A stretch of 64,000 bases of DNA from Psammoneis japonica (GCA_008632985.1 QPGO01000001.1:1-64000); one strand, 5' to 3'. Positions 50,852 to 64,000 are shown, counted from the first letter of the stretch. The notes: a model not told the origin generated them from the sequence alone. Numbers and translations: made by a program.

Positions 50852-53800
50852 TGCGACAACTCTCTCGTCTGAGAGCTGGGAGAGGTCGACGGAAGGTTGA
50901 GCAGATGATCGCATCGATGGCAGTGGGCTGACGACGATGGCAGAATCGGCAAAGCTGCCAATGTCTTGTTGCACTGGATGTTGTGATTGTGAGCAGAAAA
51001 AGGGGACAAGTTCTCCAAAAGAAGGGCGGGAAACCGCACGCGCAAGTGAAGAGCGCGCGAGTCGCGCATGAGTTCGCACTGTGTTGGAGCTCCCTCTCGA
51101 ACGAAGAAGCTGCCAGCCGCAAAGCAACTTGCAAATGGACTCAAATTTGACAGTGACGAGTCCTTTTGTTAGAATGTCAGCGTGTTGCAGGTCTGCTGCA
51201 ATCTTGGATGCAGCAACTCGATTTGGTTTGAGCTGCGAACGAAACCAGCGACACTTGATTGCGCAGTGCTTGGACCTTGGCGCAATTCGGCCAGGTTCCA
51301 TGTTAGCTGGAGTCAAGGCTCCAGCATTGTCCTCCCACATGGTGGTCCTGATGGTCTTGGTGGTCCCCAGACCAACTCCAGTGCCTTGGGAAATGGCTTG
51401 TGCGGTGCGAAGAAAGGGAAGGACAGTTTTCATGCATGTGGAGAGAGCGCTGCACTCTGCTTCCATGGTTGAGAGTGCGATCTCGGGTGCAAGCTTGCCA
51501 GACCAGATGACAGGACAGTTTGAAATGCAAGTGACAAATCCTGTTCAGCTCTTGACGCAAGCCGGGTCTTGCTTGTCTTCATGAGGCCACAATCCAGCAA
51601 AATCTGAGTCCACAAAAACGTCGATGTTGAAGTCCCCAGATGGCTTGAGGATTGAACCTTCCTCCAGTGTGCCCTCCAGGTGTTGGCCGATCTTTTCGAG
51701 GGCTTGTTCATGCAAGCAGCATGGACTGTGAACAAATCTTGCGGCAGAGCCAACTGCACAGGTGATGTCGGGCCTTGAATGGCCTTGGAGATGCTGGAGC
51801 ATGCCAACAACACTGGCACAATTAAAGGCTCCATTTGGTGGGTCTCCATCGGTGTCCTTGACCAACGGAGTCAACAGTGTGGGTGTTTGGGCCTTTGGCA
51901 GATGGCTTGCATTGAGGGCTTCGATGACACGCTTGGCCAGGCCACTCTGAGTGAGCTTGACAGTGCTGTTGTTGCTGTCACGATGGATGTGGACGCCTGA
52001 AAAACCTGCGACGGAATCCTCGACTTCGATGGCCAGACCACCATCAATTTTGAGTTTTTCGATCACTTCGTTGATGTGCTCTTGCTTTGGTGAAAAGAAC
52101 AGTGTGTCGTCAACACACACAAGGCAGATGACCTCATCAGACACAAAGAGACACGGATCAACATCATCTTGAGATTGAAATCCGGCATCTTCTAGTTTTG
52201 ATTTGAGGTGCAGGAAAAAGTTGTGCGGTCCTTGTTTGAGACCATGCACGGTCTTCTTGAGTCAAAGTGCTTTGCCGGGCTCAGTGCATCCGCGAGGCAT
52301 TTGTGTGAACATGCCAGAGCGTTCCCACTCTTCGGGTGTCATGGCACCCCATTTTGGATCTTTGTCAATCGGAGCATGCACGAAAGCCGCAACACAATCA
52401 ACTTGTTTCATGGAGAGCTCAAGAATTTGCAAAAGCATGAGCATCAACCGCACTGTTGTCCAATTGACAACCGGAGCAAAGGTGTCAAAACAATCAACAC
52501 CTTCCAATTGCTTGTTGCTGCGGACACAGAATCGGGCTTTGTGTTTTTGGATTGACCCATCAGGGCATCATTTGCATTTGAAGGCCCAAGTGGATGGCAG
52601 GACATTCATCCAATCTTGGTGGTCGACTTCCTCCCAAGCATCTTTGCCGTTGACAAGGGAGTCAATTTTGACATCACAAGCTTTGAGACAGGCTGCGCGA
52701 TCGGGTCCACTCACAGCTTCTTCCCAAGTGGGGTTGTCGGCAGAATTGGCGCCAGCTGCCAGAGCCAGAGGATGCATTTCTTCAAGTGTGCCGTGGACTT
52801 GATCAGTGTTTTTGTGGAAGAGGTTGATCATTGCATGCAAGTCTTTTGATCGGAGTGCATTTGCAATGCTGTCCCATTTTGGGGCCATCAGAAACTGCTT
52901 GTTGAGCGTCTCTGATTTGACCATTCATTTGGGATTCTTGCAGGCTGTCGGCAACTTGTTTGGAGGAATGCGAATGTCAGCCATCATGGCTTCAACAAGG
53001 CGGTCCGGTTTCTTGATGGTGCGGCCGCTGCGAGTCCGAGCAGGCAGAGCAGCAGGTTGAGGAGTGGCATTCGGAGCTGTTGGTGTGAGCTCAGCCACGT
53101 CTGAACCAAGATCCAGGTCTTCAGGCAAGTCATGATGATTGACAAGAGACAAATCGTCGTCGCTGTTGTCACCAAACTCATCAATTTCGACTCCCTCTGG
53201 AGCCTCTGAAGAAACAGATGCTAGATCATCCAATGATTCAGGATCAGCAGGAAGCTCTCCCTCTGGAGATGTTGCGGAAGAGGTTGGAGAAAGAGGAGGG
53301 TTGCCAGATGAGGCGCAGTCTGACGATGGTTCTCACGGTGGTGGCGCTCTTCGGGCATCAGCCAATCGTCATGCAGTGCGGGGAGGTGATGGCGAGGGTC
53401 CTCGGAAGGCTTGAGCATGGTTGACTGCTGAGTCAGTTGCAAGCAGGGATTCCCAAAGGTCTGCGGAGAAAGGGACGTCCTGAAAGCACCCCCCCCAGAG
53501 TCGCTGTTGGGTGCAGTTGAAAAGTGGTTGTCGTAGACCACATGGTGCTGAGGGCTGACACAGCCAGTCACGAGGTTGAGGATCAGGCCAATGTTTGTAG
53601 AATGAGCCGGGGAGATGCCAAGGTGTTGGCCGCGGCAGCTGCGTGGGTCCCACTTCGGAACTTTCTTGCCATCCTGTAGTTTGGGATCTAAAACATGCGC
53701 GGGACAGCCCCGCACTTGCAAGTGCTGTAAATGCGTGCAGAAATCAAAGTGTTGCTTGGAGCAGATCTCAACAGGAGCAGTTCGAGTGTCGATTTTGGGA

Positions 53801-56800
53801 AGGTGATTCCACAAATGGGCAGAGTGAGTCATGGCAAACGGCCAAAGTTCCAGATTGGCGGCATCAGGCCACATGAGGACGGCATGGAGCAACACAGATC
53901 TTGCCCATGAGGCAACAGTTTGGATGGAGCATTTGGCGATGCCATTTTGATGATGGGCACCAACACCAGAGAAGTCTGTCATCTGGTGGTTTTCTTCAAG
54001 ATCTTGCATGAAGGCCTCAGAGCCGAAAGGGATGTCATCAGCAAGGTGTTGCTTGACCTGGACCCCAAATTGGTCACCAAGCTGCTCAAAGGCATGCTTG
54101 GCACGAACAGTTTCACCTGCAGTGAGACCAACTTGATGGGTCAGGAACACGCAGCTAGAAGCGTGATCGACAAAAATCGTGCCGCCACTGCACTTGTCTT
54201 TCTTGGGTTCGTGCCCCTTGGTTGACGGAAGACGTCCAGGGACGCAGCTGATGCACTGGTCGACGGAGACACGTTGACCTGGAGACAAATTGCCCTCTCA
54301 CAACACCATGGGCGGAGGATTGGATGCACTGCAGCGGGCTGGAGTGCACCGCTTTTGTTTCGCCAGTTGACAGGCGGCACACAATGGCGGTGCACAACCG
54401 ACCACCGCATTGGATTTGGGTTGAAGGACTTGGGATTTTGCAGGATCCCTTGGCACAGCACTGAGACGTTGCATGTGCTGGAAGCTGGCGTGACTGAGTT
54501 TTTGATGAAGCAGAGAAGCTCCTTTTGACCTGGAGTGAGGTTCTGATTTGTCTGTGAAGTGACTGACAAGAAGGCATCTAGTCGGTCGGCTGTGCTGATC
54601 GGAGCCAAATTGCATTTTGAAACTCCAGCGGATGTTGGTGTGGACATCATCATAAAAGGTAAGTTGCTGTCCTTGTTGTGCGGGAACTCAAGGGTGTCCC
54701 CACCTGGGAGCGTTGGGGTGGCTTTGTCACCATGCACTGAACATTCACCTTGATTTCCATTTTCTTGAAAACAGGATTGCAGGCTAAAAAGGTGGATGGA
54801 GGCGTCAGGAACGTAACAAGCCTTGGTGCGAACAGTGCGCACAACGTTCCAACAGTCGATTGTGCCCCATTTGACGACGTAACCTTGACCCACAACACGA
54901 GTGGTTGAGGACAATCCGTTGATCGTGGTGAGTTCTGCAGGTTCAAGAGGGCCTGTGAAGTCACTCAAGTGCGGAGTGAGAGAGGAAGAGGCGCCGGCGT
55001 CAAGTGCCACGGGCGCATCAACAGGCAAGGCTGACAACAGAGCTTGACATTGCGAGCTGTCAAGATGTTGTAAATCGGCTAACGACTTGATTGGTTTCTG
55101 GCAAGGATGCATCAGTTGGAGACGGTCCAGAAGTCGAGGTTTGGTGGGAGAACATGGCTGCGCCACCAAAACCAGTCGAGCAGGTTGCTGCTGTTGTTTG
55201 GGACAGATTGGTTGCTGTGCAGGAGAGTGCAGGTGCTTCTCCGCAAGCTCGGAGCACATCCAATGAGGCAAGTGCTTTTGTCATGTGAAATTGTGCAAGA
55301 GGGTCGACACCTCGCACGAACTCATCCAAAGAGATGCCGAGCTGCATGTTGCACACAATCCAGGATTGGTGTGGCAGTCGGTGTCTGATGCGGGCAAACT
55401 CTTCGAGCTCGTGTGCTTTGGGGTCTTCCGCTGGTGCAAAATTGGAGGGTGCTGAATCAGCAGGTTTGAATTCAGCAGACTTGGTCTGCAGGCAATCGTC
55501 TGGCGGATCTGACAACATGACAAAATCAGTTGGCGTTGCACCGCATGGCAAGTCGCACATCTCAGAGGGCAGATGCAGCAGGCGATGCTTGATTTGTGCA
55601 CAAGCTTTGTTGGCTTCTTGAATGGGATCAATGCAGGCAAACCTGGGCTTCTTGGGTTTCAGAGGCTTGACTCGACGCCTTGGTTTTAAGAGTTTCCAGG
55701 ACTTGGATCGGCGACACTGCCTGAAATTGGTTTCTTCAACAGCAGCATCGTCCGGCATGGGTGCTTGACGGTTGCAGTGCCAAGTCGTTGGATGAAGGAA
55801 GGAACGAGGAGGGTCTCTTTGTGGGATTCGAGCTGGACAACGGTCCAAACAACGAACTTTTGCGTGATGAAACAATTTGTGGCGCATCCGATGAAGATGA
55901 GGATGATGATGTGGGACATGTTCCAATGACGAGGTGACAATGAACCAAGGCATGTCATCACATGAGAGCGAAGGATTCTTGGAAAAGAGCAGCAAGCAGA
56001 AAAACAATCCACCTGCTGACACAAAAAGAAACTGCAAAACAGCAGAAACAGCTGCGTCTCCTCCCTCTCCAAGAATCTGGAGAGCAAACCATAAGAGGAG
56101 GGACTGCACTGCAGTCACACAAGCCTGGATGTCCCTTCCAGGACAAGGAGTTTTGCTGAACAGCGAAAAGGGGTGGGCCAAACACTCAAAGAAAGAGGCG
56201 CGCCTGGAACTTCAGGTGAAGGAAGCGAAGAGACCAGTGATGGTCTTGGCAACCTCATGCTTGGCGTTCGCCACAGCCACTTCACGGTCAGGGTTCAGAG
56301 TGGAAGCAGGGGCTGGAGTGGGTGCAGGAGCAGGCACTGGAGGTGCGGGAGGCGCGGTGGCAGCACCAGCGACCTGAGCAACAGGGCGCCAGTGCTTGGT
56401 CTTGTAATGATGGCAGTGATCTTTACCATCAATGTGGCGGTGACTGTTGTTGTTCTTTTCGGCATCAGTCGGTGGTTGCCATTTCTCAGGAATGGTCTTG
56501 GTGGGCTCACCATCCTTCTCAGAGGAAGCAGTGGTCTTGTTCTGAGCCCGTTTTGCGTCGAAAAACAGTTTCTTGTTGGCTCGCACGCGAGCATCGTTGA
56601 CGGGTTTCTTGCAGTCAGATGGAGGATGAGGGCCACCACAATTGAAGCAGGTGACCACTCCGGCAACAAAGGAGGTGGCATTCTTCTTAGCAGTCACGCC
56701 GGACCACTGGTCGAAAGACACAAGGGCCAGACAGTGAGCCTCAGCAAATTTGAGGAGATCAGCCACAGATGTGGTGCTGATGGTTGGACCACTGGACTTG

Positions 56801-58278
56801 AGCTTGGAGATTTGTGAGTCCTTGGCAAGGTGGTCAAATGGAGAGTTAAATTCTGGCACGCTGGAGGTCTGAAACACCTTGGCAAGATTTTCCATGAAAT
56901 CAGAAGGAATGACTGATTTGCCTTTCTGATCCTGGAGGTTCTGAAGTCGAGCACATCCACCATGGATGAGGGAGACGACTTTGCTGACGTCTTCACCATC
57001 AAAGTCAGTGATCTTGAGAGAGGTTGTGTCAGCAACCAAGTGACGAGCAGCCTCTTCAGAGTTGCTCTGAAGAAATTTCATCATGAGCGAGAAAAACAGA
57101 GGTCCGCCTTGTTCTTCTTGCAGATGCTTGAGACATGTCTCATTGACTTTCTTCTGGAGGGCACATGAAGCGTTTCTCTCAAAACAGTTGCAGGTGAGAA
57201 GAAGATTTTGGCTGGCCAAGGTCCCATCGGGGTCCTCGAGCATGGCAGAGTGCCACTTGTTGCTCTTCGCGACTTCAGCTTCGGTGATCGTTGAATGCTC
57301 GGTGCAGAGATCACGGGTCTTGAAGGTGTCAGGATTGACAATTTGGAAAACGTCGTCCATGTCGCACTTGGCGTGGTTCGACTGCATGGTCGAGATGGAC
57401 ATGGCCAGATCACAAGTGTCTTTGAGCTCATCTGGATCGTTGATGTTGAAGTTAAGGAGGTCAAAGCGAGTCTGCTGTTTCGCAGTTGCACGCTGGAACA
57501 AGTCACCAAGCTTGTCCGGATCTAATTTGTTCCTCTGCTGTTCAGTGCAGAGAGCAGCAAGAGCATCCTTGGACGTTTTGGGAGTTGTGCGGACTTTAAC
57601 TTTCCTTCCATTTGTCTCCACCTTGGTGGTCATGATGCTGGCAGGCGGAGTTGGCGCACGCGGAGGAGTTGGCAGACTTGGAGGCTGTTGAGGTGCGCTC
57701 GCATCAGGGCTTGACATGCGAGTCACTGAAGGAAACGGAGGTTCTTCGGATGGCGGTCAGTTGTTTGACCATTGTCAGTCTGAATGTGAACTCTTTGTTC
57801 AGCAATGCGAATGACAGCAGCCTGACGGTCTCGAAGGGTGACTGTGCGACAAAAGTTTCGAACTTCGTTCGTCATCACAACACGGTCTCCGACACGAAAA
57901 TCAGCGATGGTCAGTTCTCTGTTGACAACAGGTCGAGCGGATCCGGCTCTGACTCTGTCACAGTTCTGTCATTCGTGTTTGGCAGCAATGCGACGAACCA
58001 AGTCGGCTTCTTGCAGTTGAAGTGATTGCAGTTGTGCAATGAGATCGTCAAGTGTCTCAGAACTTCGATTGGACATCGACGTTCCGCACGTGGAATTGCA
58101 CGTGAAAATGTGTGGAGCTCAATTCTCGTCCACCGGAGAGAAAAGAGATGAGGCACAGGAGTCGTCAAGCGTGATGCTTGGGCTCCCAACCTGCGACAAC
58201 TCTCATCTGAGAGTCAGGAGAGGTCGATGGAAGGTCGAGTGGATGATCGCATCGACAGCAGCAGGCTGACGACGATGG
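50852..58278 (-). mobile_element. Near full-length decayed Ty1/Copia LTR retrotransposon (CoDi-like)
   Basis: gag 56212-57726 with CFNCGGPH knuckle; protease LDAGAS; integrase VSVDQ, FVDHAS, HHQNGIA; RT HGLKQ and CVDD; RNase H. PPT gagagggag at ~51090-51098. LTR homology 50852-50940 vs 58192-58278 (5' LTR truncated). PBS-like ggttgggagccc next to the 5' LTR. Confidence 0.95.
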
Positions 58279-58657
58279 TGGTAATAAAAATAATTATCAT
58301 CAGTCTGTCCATCCGTCCGTATACGAATATAAACTTCTTGGGAAATCAATTGAAATATGCTATCTGATTGACGGTGTTTTGATTCACATGGTGAAGGCCA
58401 ATGCCGTCAACCAGATAGCCCTAGCATTTCAATTCAGTTCCCGAAAAGTTATTAGCTCTAATCACTCTCTCGTATGACATTGTGTACATTTCTACACGAT
58501 TTTGTGTTTTTTCTCTATGTAAAATATTAATTATGACCCACGCGACATTTTCGAATGATTCCTATTGCGACGGACGGAGTGCAACAGCTGTTAATTTGTG
58601 TTAGTACACCTCATAGCTCTTCCGCCGTTCACATCTATATTGTAAAGTACCTTGATT

Positions 58658-60312
58658 ATGTTCAAAGCTGCCGTGAATGGTCCGAATAGACGACGTAACC
58701 GTGTTGGAGACGCCACCGTCGCTTCGAATCCAGAAACAACTTCTTCCGCGACTTTCTCTGAACAAGGCATTCCCTTTCGCGTCGAGGCTCTGGAGAAAGC
58801 TCCGACCCATATTCAGTCCAAGCTGAATGGACAGCATGCATGTTTAGTTGCTTGTGGCGGGCCGTCGGGGCAGGCACTTTTGCAGCGACACAAGGAGCAG
58901 GCCGACAGTGACGTGATTCTCATTCATTTTCACGACGTGCCCGTTTTGATTTTGCGAGTTCTTTTGCTGCAAGATGAATCAAACGACGTTCTATATCTGT
59001 CAGAAGTTTACCGACATACACATAAGGTATGCGAGGATACAACATACAATATAACGTGCTGTTCTCGGCCGTCGTGTAGTAGTGGCTACGATGCGTTATC
59101 TTCAGTTCTTGTGGAGGTTTCTTTGCGACATCACAGTGACGAGGACGACTATCCCATTCAGGTGCCATCTGCAGCGATTATAAAACAGCTCATGTCTTGC
59201 ACCTATCAATCTATCTTGACAACTAACGAACTGATTTTAGTGGAAGAAGATGAGGTAGAGTTGGTGTGTCGAATTGCTGAGGTCCGCATCCATGCAGGCG
59301 GAGAGGAGGCTGTACTCTCCTTGGAAGAAGCAACAATGGACGACCCATTCCGAGGACAAGTGGTTGTAGATACAGAGTTTTTTGTTTCGGTATCCGGTGG
59401 GAGCTCGTCTGCGTTGGAAATATCCGGAAAAAAACAGCGCCCATTCCCCAAAGGCAAGATGCCTTCCGATGTTGTTCACGGTACGTATCGCAACGTCATC
59501 ATACTATATTCGTGTCGGTCTACAACACCTCGTCTTAACTCCTTTTTTCTTTTTTATTAGTCACCACTCGCGATGGTGAATGGTTTCCCGTACGCAGGTT
59601 ACTTCTAGCACCGTGTTTGCAACTCACACGCTACGTTCAAGCTGGACGAGGCAAATACAAGAACGAAATACCCACGCTTTCCGATGAAGAGCGGAGCGAA
59701 GATGCTCCAACAGACGATGGTCATCCTCATTGTAAAGTTGATATCGATTGCCATGTATTCGACCGGGTTTTACTTTATCTCACGTCTCTTGTATACCCGC
59801 AAAACAAGTTTGTGCCAGAGCTGTCCGAAAACACAGCGCTGGCCGATGCCGCCGACTTTCTCGGAATCGAATCCTTATCCGATTTGTGTCGAAAGCAAGT
59901 ATCGACGTTTGATTCCAGAGTACGAAGGAATTCGTATATTCCTTTCTCTGAGGTGAAGTTGCGCAACGAGATTGGAGGAGAGTTACTCTTGATTATAGAT
60001 GGAATGGTTTTGGATATCACCCGTTGGATTGACGAACATCCTGGTGGACCGACCATTATTCCTACACAGGCACTCAATGTGGACGCAACGGTGTTCTTTG
60101 AGCTTTATCATGTGTCCCGACAATCGTTTGTGTATCTCAAATCGTTCTACATTGGCGAGCTGCGTCCTGAAGACTATTCGCAGCTTCTCGAGTCAAACGA
60201 CAATAATGCCAGGGCAACGGACGGGTTTCTTCAGTCTCTGCGTTCCTTTACAAAGGAATGGCGTGTGCAAATATCACAGGGTGAAGCGGAAAAGATACAC
60301 AAGAGTCTGTAA
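58658..60312 (+). CDS. BTB/POZ-like plus C-terminal cytochrome b5-like heme-binding domain protein
   Basis: Intron 59481-59560 (GTACGT...TTAG) joins DVVH-V-TTRDGEWFPV in frame with the ORF at 59617. b5 motif IIDGMVLDIT.WIDEHPGG...DAT..FE.YH. Confidence 0.82.
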
Positions 60313-60333
60313 CGATTGGATTTCATAAGTTAA

Positions 60334-63300
60334 TTATTTTCGCAAGAGATTCGTTGGAGTGTTTTCGTCTTGTTGAGACTGCTTGCTATTTGCTGTCGGC
60401 TCAACATAGGGTGACGTGGAGACGGGAGCGGCAGGTGCAGTGGACGCACTGCTAGGAGTGCTCAGCGGAATGCCAGCCTGGACTGGCGATTCTGTCAAGT
60501 CGACCTTCTCAGGACCTTTTGGACTGTCTTGAGTAATCTTGAAGAAAGGCAACACGGAACCCTCCTTCTTGGCGGCTACGTTCACGGGCTTCTTGGACGC
60601 GTTGCCCTTCTTTGTATTCTTCTCCTTCCACTCTCCAGTTTTGCTGTCAAAACAATGTCCCATAACCTTTTTCTCCTTGTCTCTCGCGTCTTCGAAAGCT
60701 TTCTGGCAGTGGTCAATTACCTCTTGAGAATGCTTTGGAGCATGGGTGAAGAAACTCTTTAACTCTCTCGAGAGCCCGGCGTAGCCACCGACGATGGCAG
60801 CGTTATTCGTACCGCCACCATAGGCGAAATTATTTCTTCCCATGCGGAGCGTCCGAACGTGGTGTCTCATCCACTTTGGAAGACTACGATGAGCCGCGCA
60901 AACACCGTCAATGGGAGATCCGTCATCACAGTGGCGTGCATCCATCAACACCACCGTGCCGTAGTCAGCAGCATGGCGGATACATCTTCCGAGCGCCTGA
61001 GCGATCGCTCTGTAAGCCTGTTGTGAATACCAGTCCATTCCCGGTAGCAGCGAAGTTCGCCCCTTGAGCTTTCGTTGTTCGTCGTTATACGCCCTCTTTG
61101 CCTGAACAGCTCGGTCAAATGAATTAGGAAACGGCTACGACGCAAAGGTTGCAGTAGATGAGTAATGTGCAGCATGTAATTGAGTAGCAAAAGCAAAGCT
61201 CAAGTTGACTCACCAATCCAACACAAATCACCCCGCGAGCATTGTCATCGTTAAAGCTAATGCCCTCGGACATTTTGCCACGAAAAACAGCTAGTAGAAT
61301 GCAGTTTCCGTCGCGTTTGATCTTGTCCGTGTAGTACCGCTTCGCTTCCTCGAACTTCTCTTGACTTCCCGTTGGCTCAACAATAACTTTTCCTTTACAT
61401 GCCTTAAAGCGCTCCCAAATCTCGGGGCATTCGTTATTGTTGTAGCCAAAGTTTAATCGACTGCGGTCTTGGTACGGATTCCAACACTTGATGCAATTCC
61501 TAAGGAAACTGTAGCTCGGAAAGAAGACGAGGACACCACCTCGAGGAACGGCCTCGATGACAGTTGCGATTGCATCACCAAGCTTTGGATAAAACTCTTT
61601 ATGCTTGTAGTTGCTATGGGTCACCGTGAGAGGACTGCCGTCTGGGAAATGACCGACGCTGACAGCTAAGAGCTGCTTGGGCAAGTCAATGACATGGTTA
61701 GCTTCTAGTGGCTTTGGTTTGACTTGCAATCTACCGACCTCCTCGTTAGATGGAGTTGCGCTACATGGCTTGGTGTCTGCGGCTACTTTTGCTTGTGTCG
61801 GTTCTTTGGGTGGGAAGAGATTGAGTTCTCCACATAGTGATGGAATCGGAGCAAGACTTCCACTCGCAAGAACTACTGTGCGGCATTGACTCGTCATGTC
61901 GTTCATCAAATGCCCAGGAGACAATAGCTTTAGGACAAGATGGGCCTCCCACTTTGGAGTGGAACCATTACAGAAATTTCCATGACGCACGCCTTCTCCC
62001 ATAGCATAGTTATGCTTACGACATCCCGGGTGCACACAAACAGGAACAGGGATATGAGGTTGTACAGCGCTTCGAGGGTGGGTATAGGGTAACGACTTGG
62101 GCTTCTTCTTGAATCGATTCCCTCCATTTCTGGCTGGAGACGAATCTCCTTCTTTATCCTCCCCTGACGCAAAGTCCAGATTACCGTTCGCCTGCGCAAC
62201 GCACGAGACATAGAAATGTCTTCACAACCAATCAAAAAGTGAGTTAATTCAAACCCTGCTATGCAACGACGTTCGGGATTAACTCACTCTGGGGCTTGGG
62301 TGGCGTGAAAGAACTTGGAAACCAATTCACTCATTCTATCCATAATGGTCTTTGTACCACCCCTATCGTTTTCGGGGTTTTCATTTTCTTGGCGTCCTCC
62401 AACGTGACTGTCCATTGCGGCGGCATATGCCACCAACTTTTTCATATCATCTTGAGATATCTGCAATTCGTCAAAAAAAGGTTTGCAGCCGACTGCCTTG
62501 TTCATGACACCGTGGCCTGTCGGGCCATTGTACTTCATTTCAAACTCGTGGTCGTCGGGGGTGTGAAACTTTCGGTACTCGGCAATGGCGGCAACAGCCC
62601 CATTTCGACCGGGGCTTGCCTCAAAAGACTTCTTGTGCTTGGTCATATACAGCACGAGTTTTTCGAAAATAAGAGCAGTCCATGCGCTACTTCAGACAGA
62701 TCCTTTTCTTTTTCTTCACCCTCCACCTCAACTTGATTAAAGGCATGCTTTTGCGCACTAGAATAGTGTGCAAGCAAGGAAACGATCTCACAGAGCTCCA
62801 CTTCGCCAAACTTTCCAGAGCCACTCTCTTTCAGTGTGTCTTCGACGTTGTGTGCCTCATCCAGAACAACCACCGCCCCTTCCAAATCAATTTCGAGGAA
62901 GGAACGAATTGACGGGTCCAGAATGTAATTGTACGGAGCAAAAATGAGCTGGGCGTGTTTGCTCAGAGCCCTCGACAAGTAGTACGGACACGCCGCCTGC
63001 GACGAGTAGTCTTCGTCTTCTTCTTCATTGTCACCCGATGCATGAAGCAAATCTAGCAAGAGAGGATCTTTCGTCGTATTCACGATTGCACTCGTTACTT
63101 GGTCCAGCCGCATATCTCGCGCATCCCTACCGTTGACGGATAGAATACGATCCTTTGGCTTGACGTGACTTGCTTTTTCAGCCGCACCACCCTTGTGTAC
63201 CGCGTCCACCACACATCCGCCATTCTTCTCGTCGCTCGCAATGGCCATTTTGAAAGAGCCAGAACCCGTCTCTCGGTACAAGGCTACACCCTTTTCCTTG

Positions 63301-64000
63301 TGTGGGTTCATTCCAAAGCTTACCAAATCTTCAATGTCGTGAACTCCCGCTTTTGTTTCTTCTCCTCCGACACTACAGCACTGCGACTTGAGGAATGCTC
63401 ATTGGCCATGCTGGCGTGACGCTGAGTCGAAAGCTGTCGATAGTGTGGGCAGGTGGGCTTTTTTTTGTTGTGCGACATGATCCAACCCGAACTGTTTGGG
63501 TTCTTGCCACCGTCGTCATCGTCTTGAGAGCTCTGGTCGACATTGCTGGTGCCGCAACCGTCACTCGGTAAATCTATCGGAGGATTATCGTCCTCATAAA
63601 AAAAGTCTTCTGATTTGGCAAGCCTTCGGCGGATTTTTTCCGTATTGGATACCCGCACTTGGCATTCTCGATTGACATTGATCTTATTCGTAGGTGGATC
63701 GCTGCCGTCGCGAGGAACAAGTGACTTGTGAATACAGAGACGATCCCGACTCCCCAGTACAGCCATGCGAGGACGGTATGGTGTTTTCTTGAGAGACGCC
63801 ACCATTTGAGCCACTTGCGAGTGTGTCCGACTGCAATAAATAATTCTTGGCTGCTTTTCGTCGTTAGGGTGGGTCTTGGCGTGATACCGCTGCCAAGCCA
63901 AGACGGCACAAAGGATCGCTACGCTTTTCCCTGTACCGGTGGGGCTTTCCAGCACGACGTGGTGTGAATTTTTCAAAGCTCGGATCAAATGGAAAGCCAT
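60334..64000 (-). CDS. XPD-family Fe-S DNA helicase, FANCJ/RTEL1-like (5' end outside the window)
   Basis: [67 protein letters not shown]. Introns ~61135-61213 and ~62220-62288. Frameshifts near 63320-63400, ~62650 and ~62030-62190. Confidence 0.92.

Noticed and set aside
50852..58278. Alternative genetic code or RNA editing of retroelements
   Set aside because: Adjacent genes use Tyr normally; changes occur on both strands and also affect DNA transposons and a gene copy.
12300..58280. Classical RIP, or CpG decay alone, as the explanation
   Set aside because: RIP creates TA. CpG decay is present but cannot turn TAY codons into TGY/CAY, and many CpGs persist where TA is gone.

Overview
Eukaryotic genomic DNA, most likely from a diatom (CoDi-like Copia elements, short GT-AG introns, receptor protein with Pro/Thr stalk and RxL motif). 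Five host genes sit in compositionally normal islands: a ferric reductase/NADPH oxidase-family gene, an MLKL-like four-helix-bundle/kinase/TM/FG-GAP receptor, a small atypical kinase, a BTB-like/cytochrome b5 protein, and a FANCJ/RTEL1-type helicase with a PDZ insertion. They flank about 46 kb of nested decayed transposons: Copia, Gypsy, Plavaka-like, DUF6729/3'-5' exonuclease DNA transposons, and a GAC...GTC element family with 4-bp TSDs. The main signal is a repeat-restricted, double-stranded TpA->TpG/CpA hypermutation, the reverse direction of fungal RIP. It has removed nearly all TA dinucleotides from old repeats, turns conserved Tyr into Cys or His, acts after integration (LTR comparison), also hits a duplicated host-gene fragment, stops sharply at gene borders and has spared one apparently young insertion. 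All domain calls are by motif recognition only; no searches were run.
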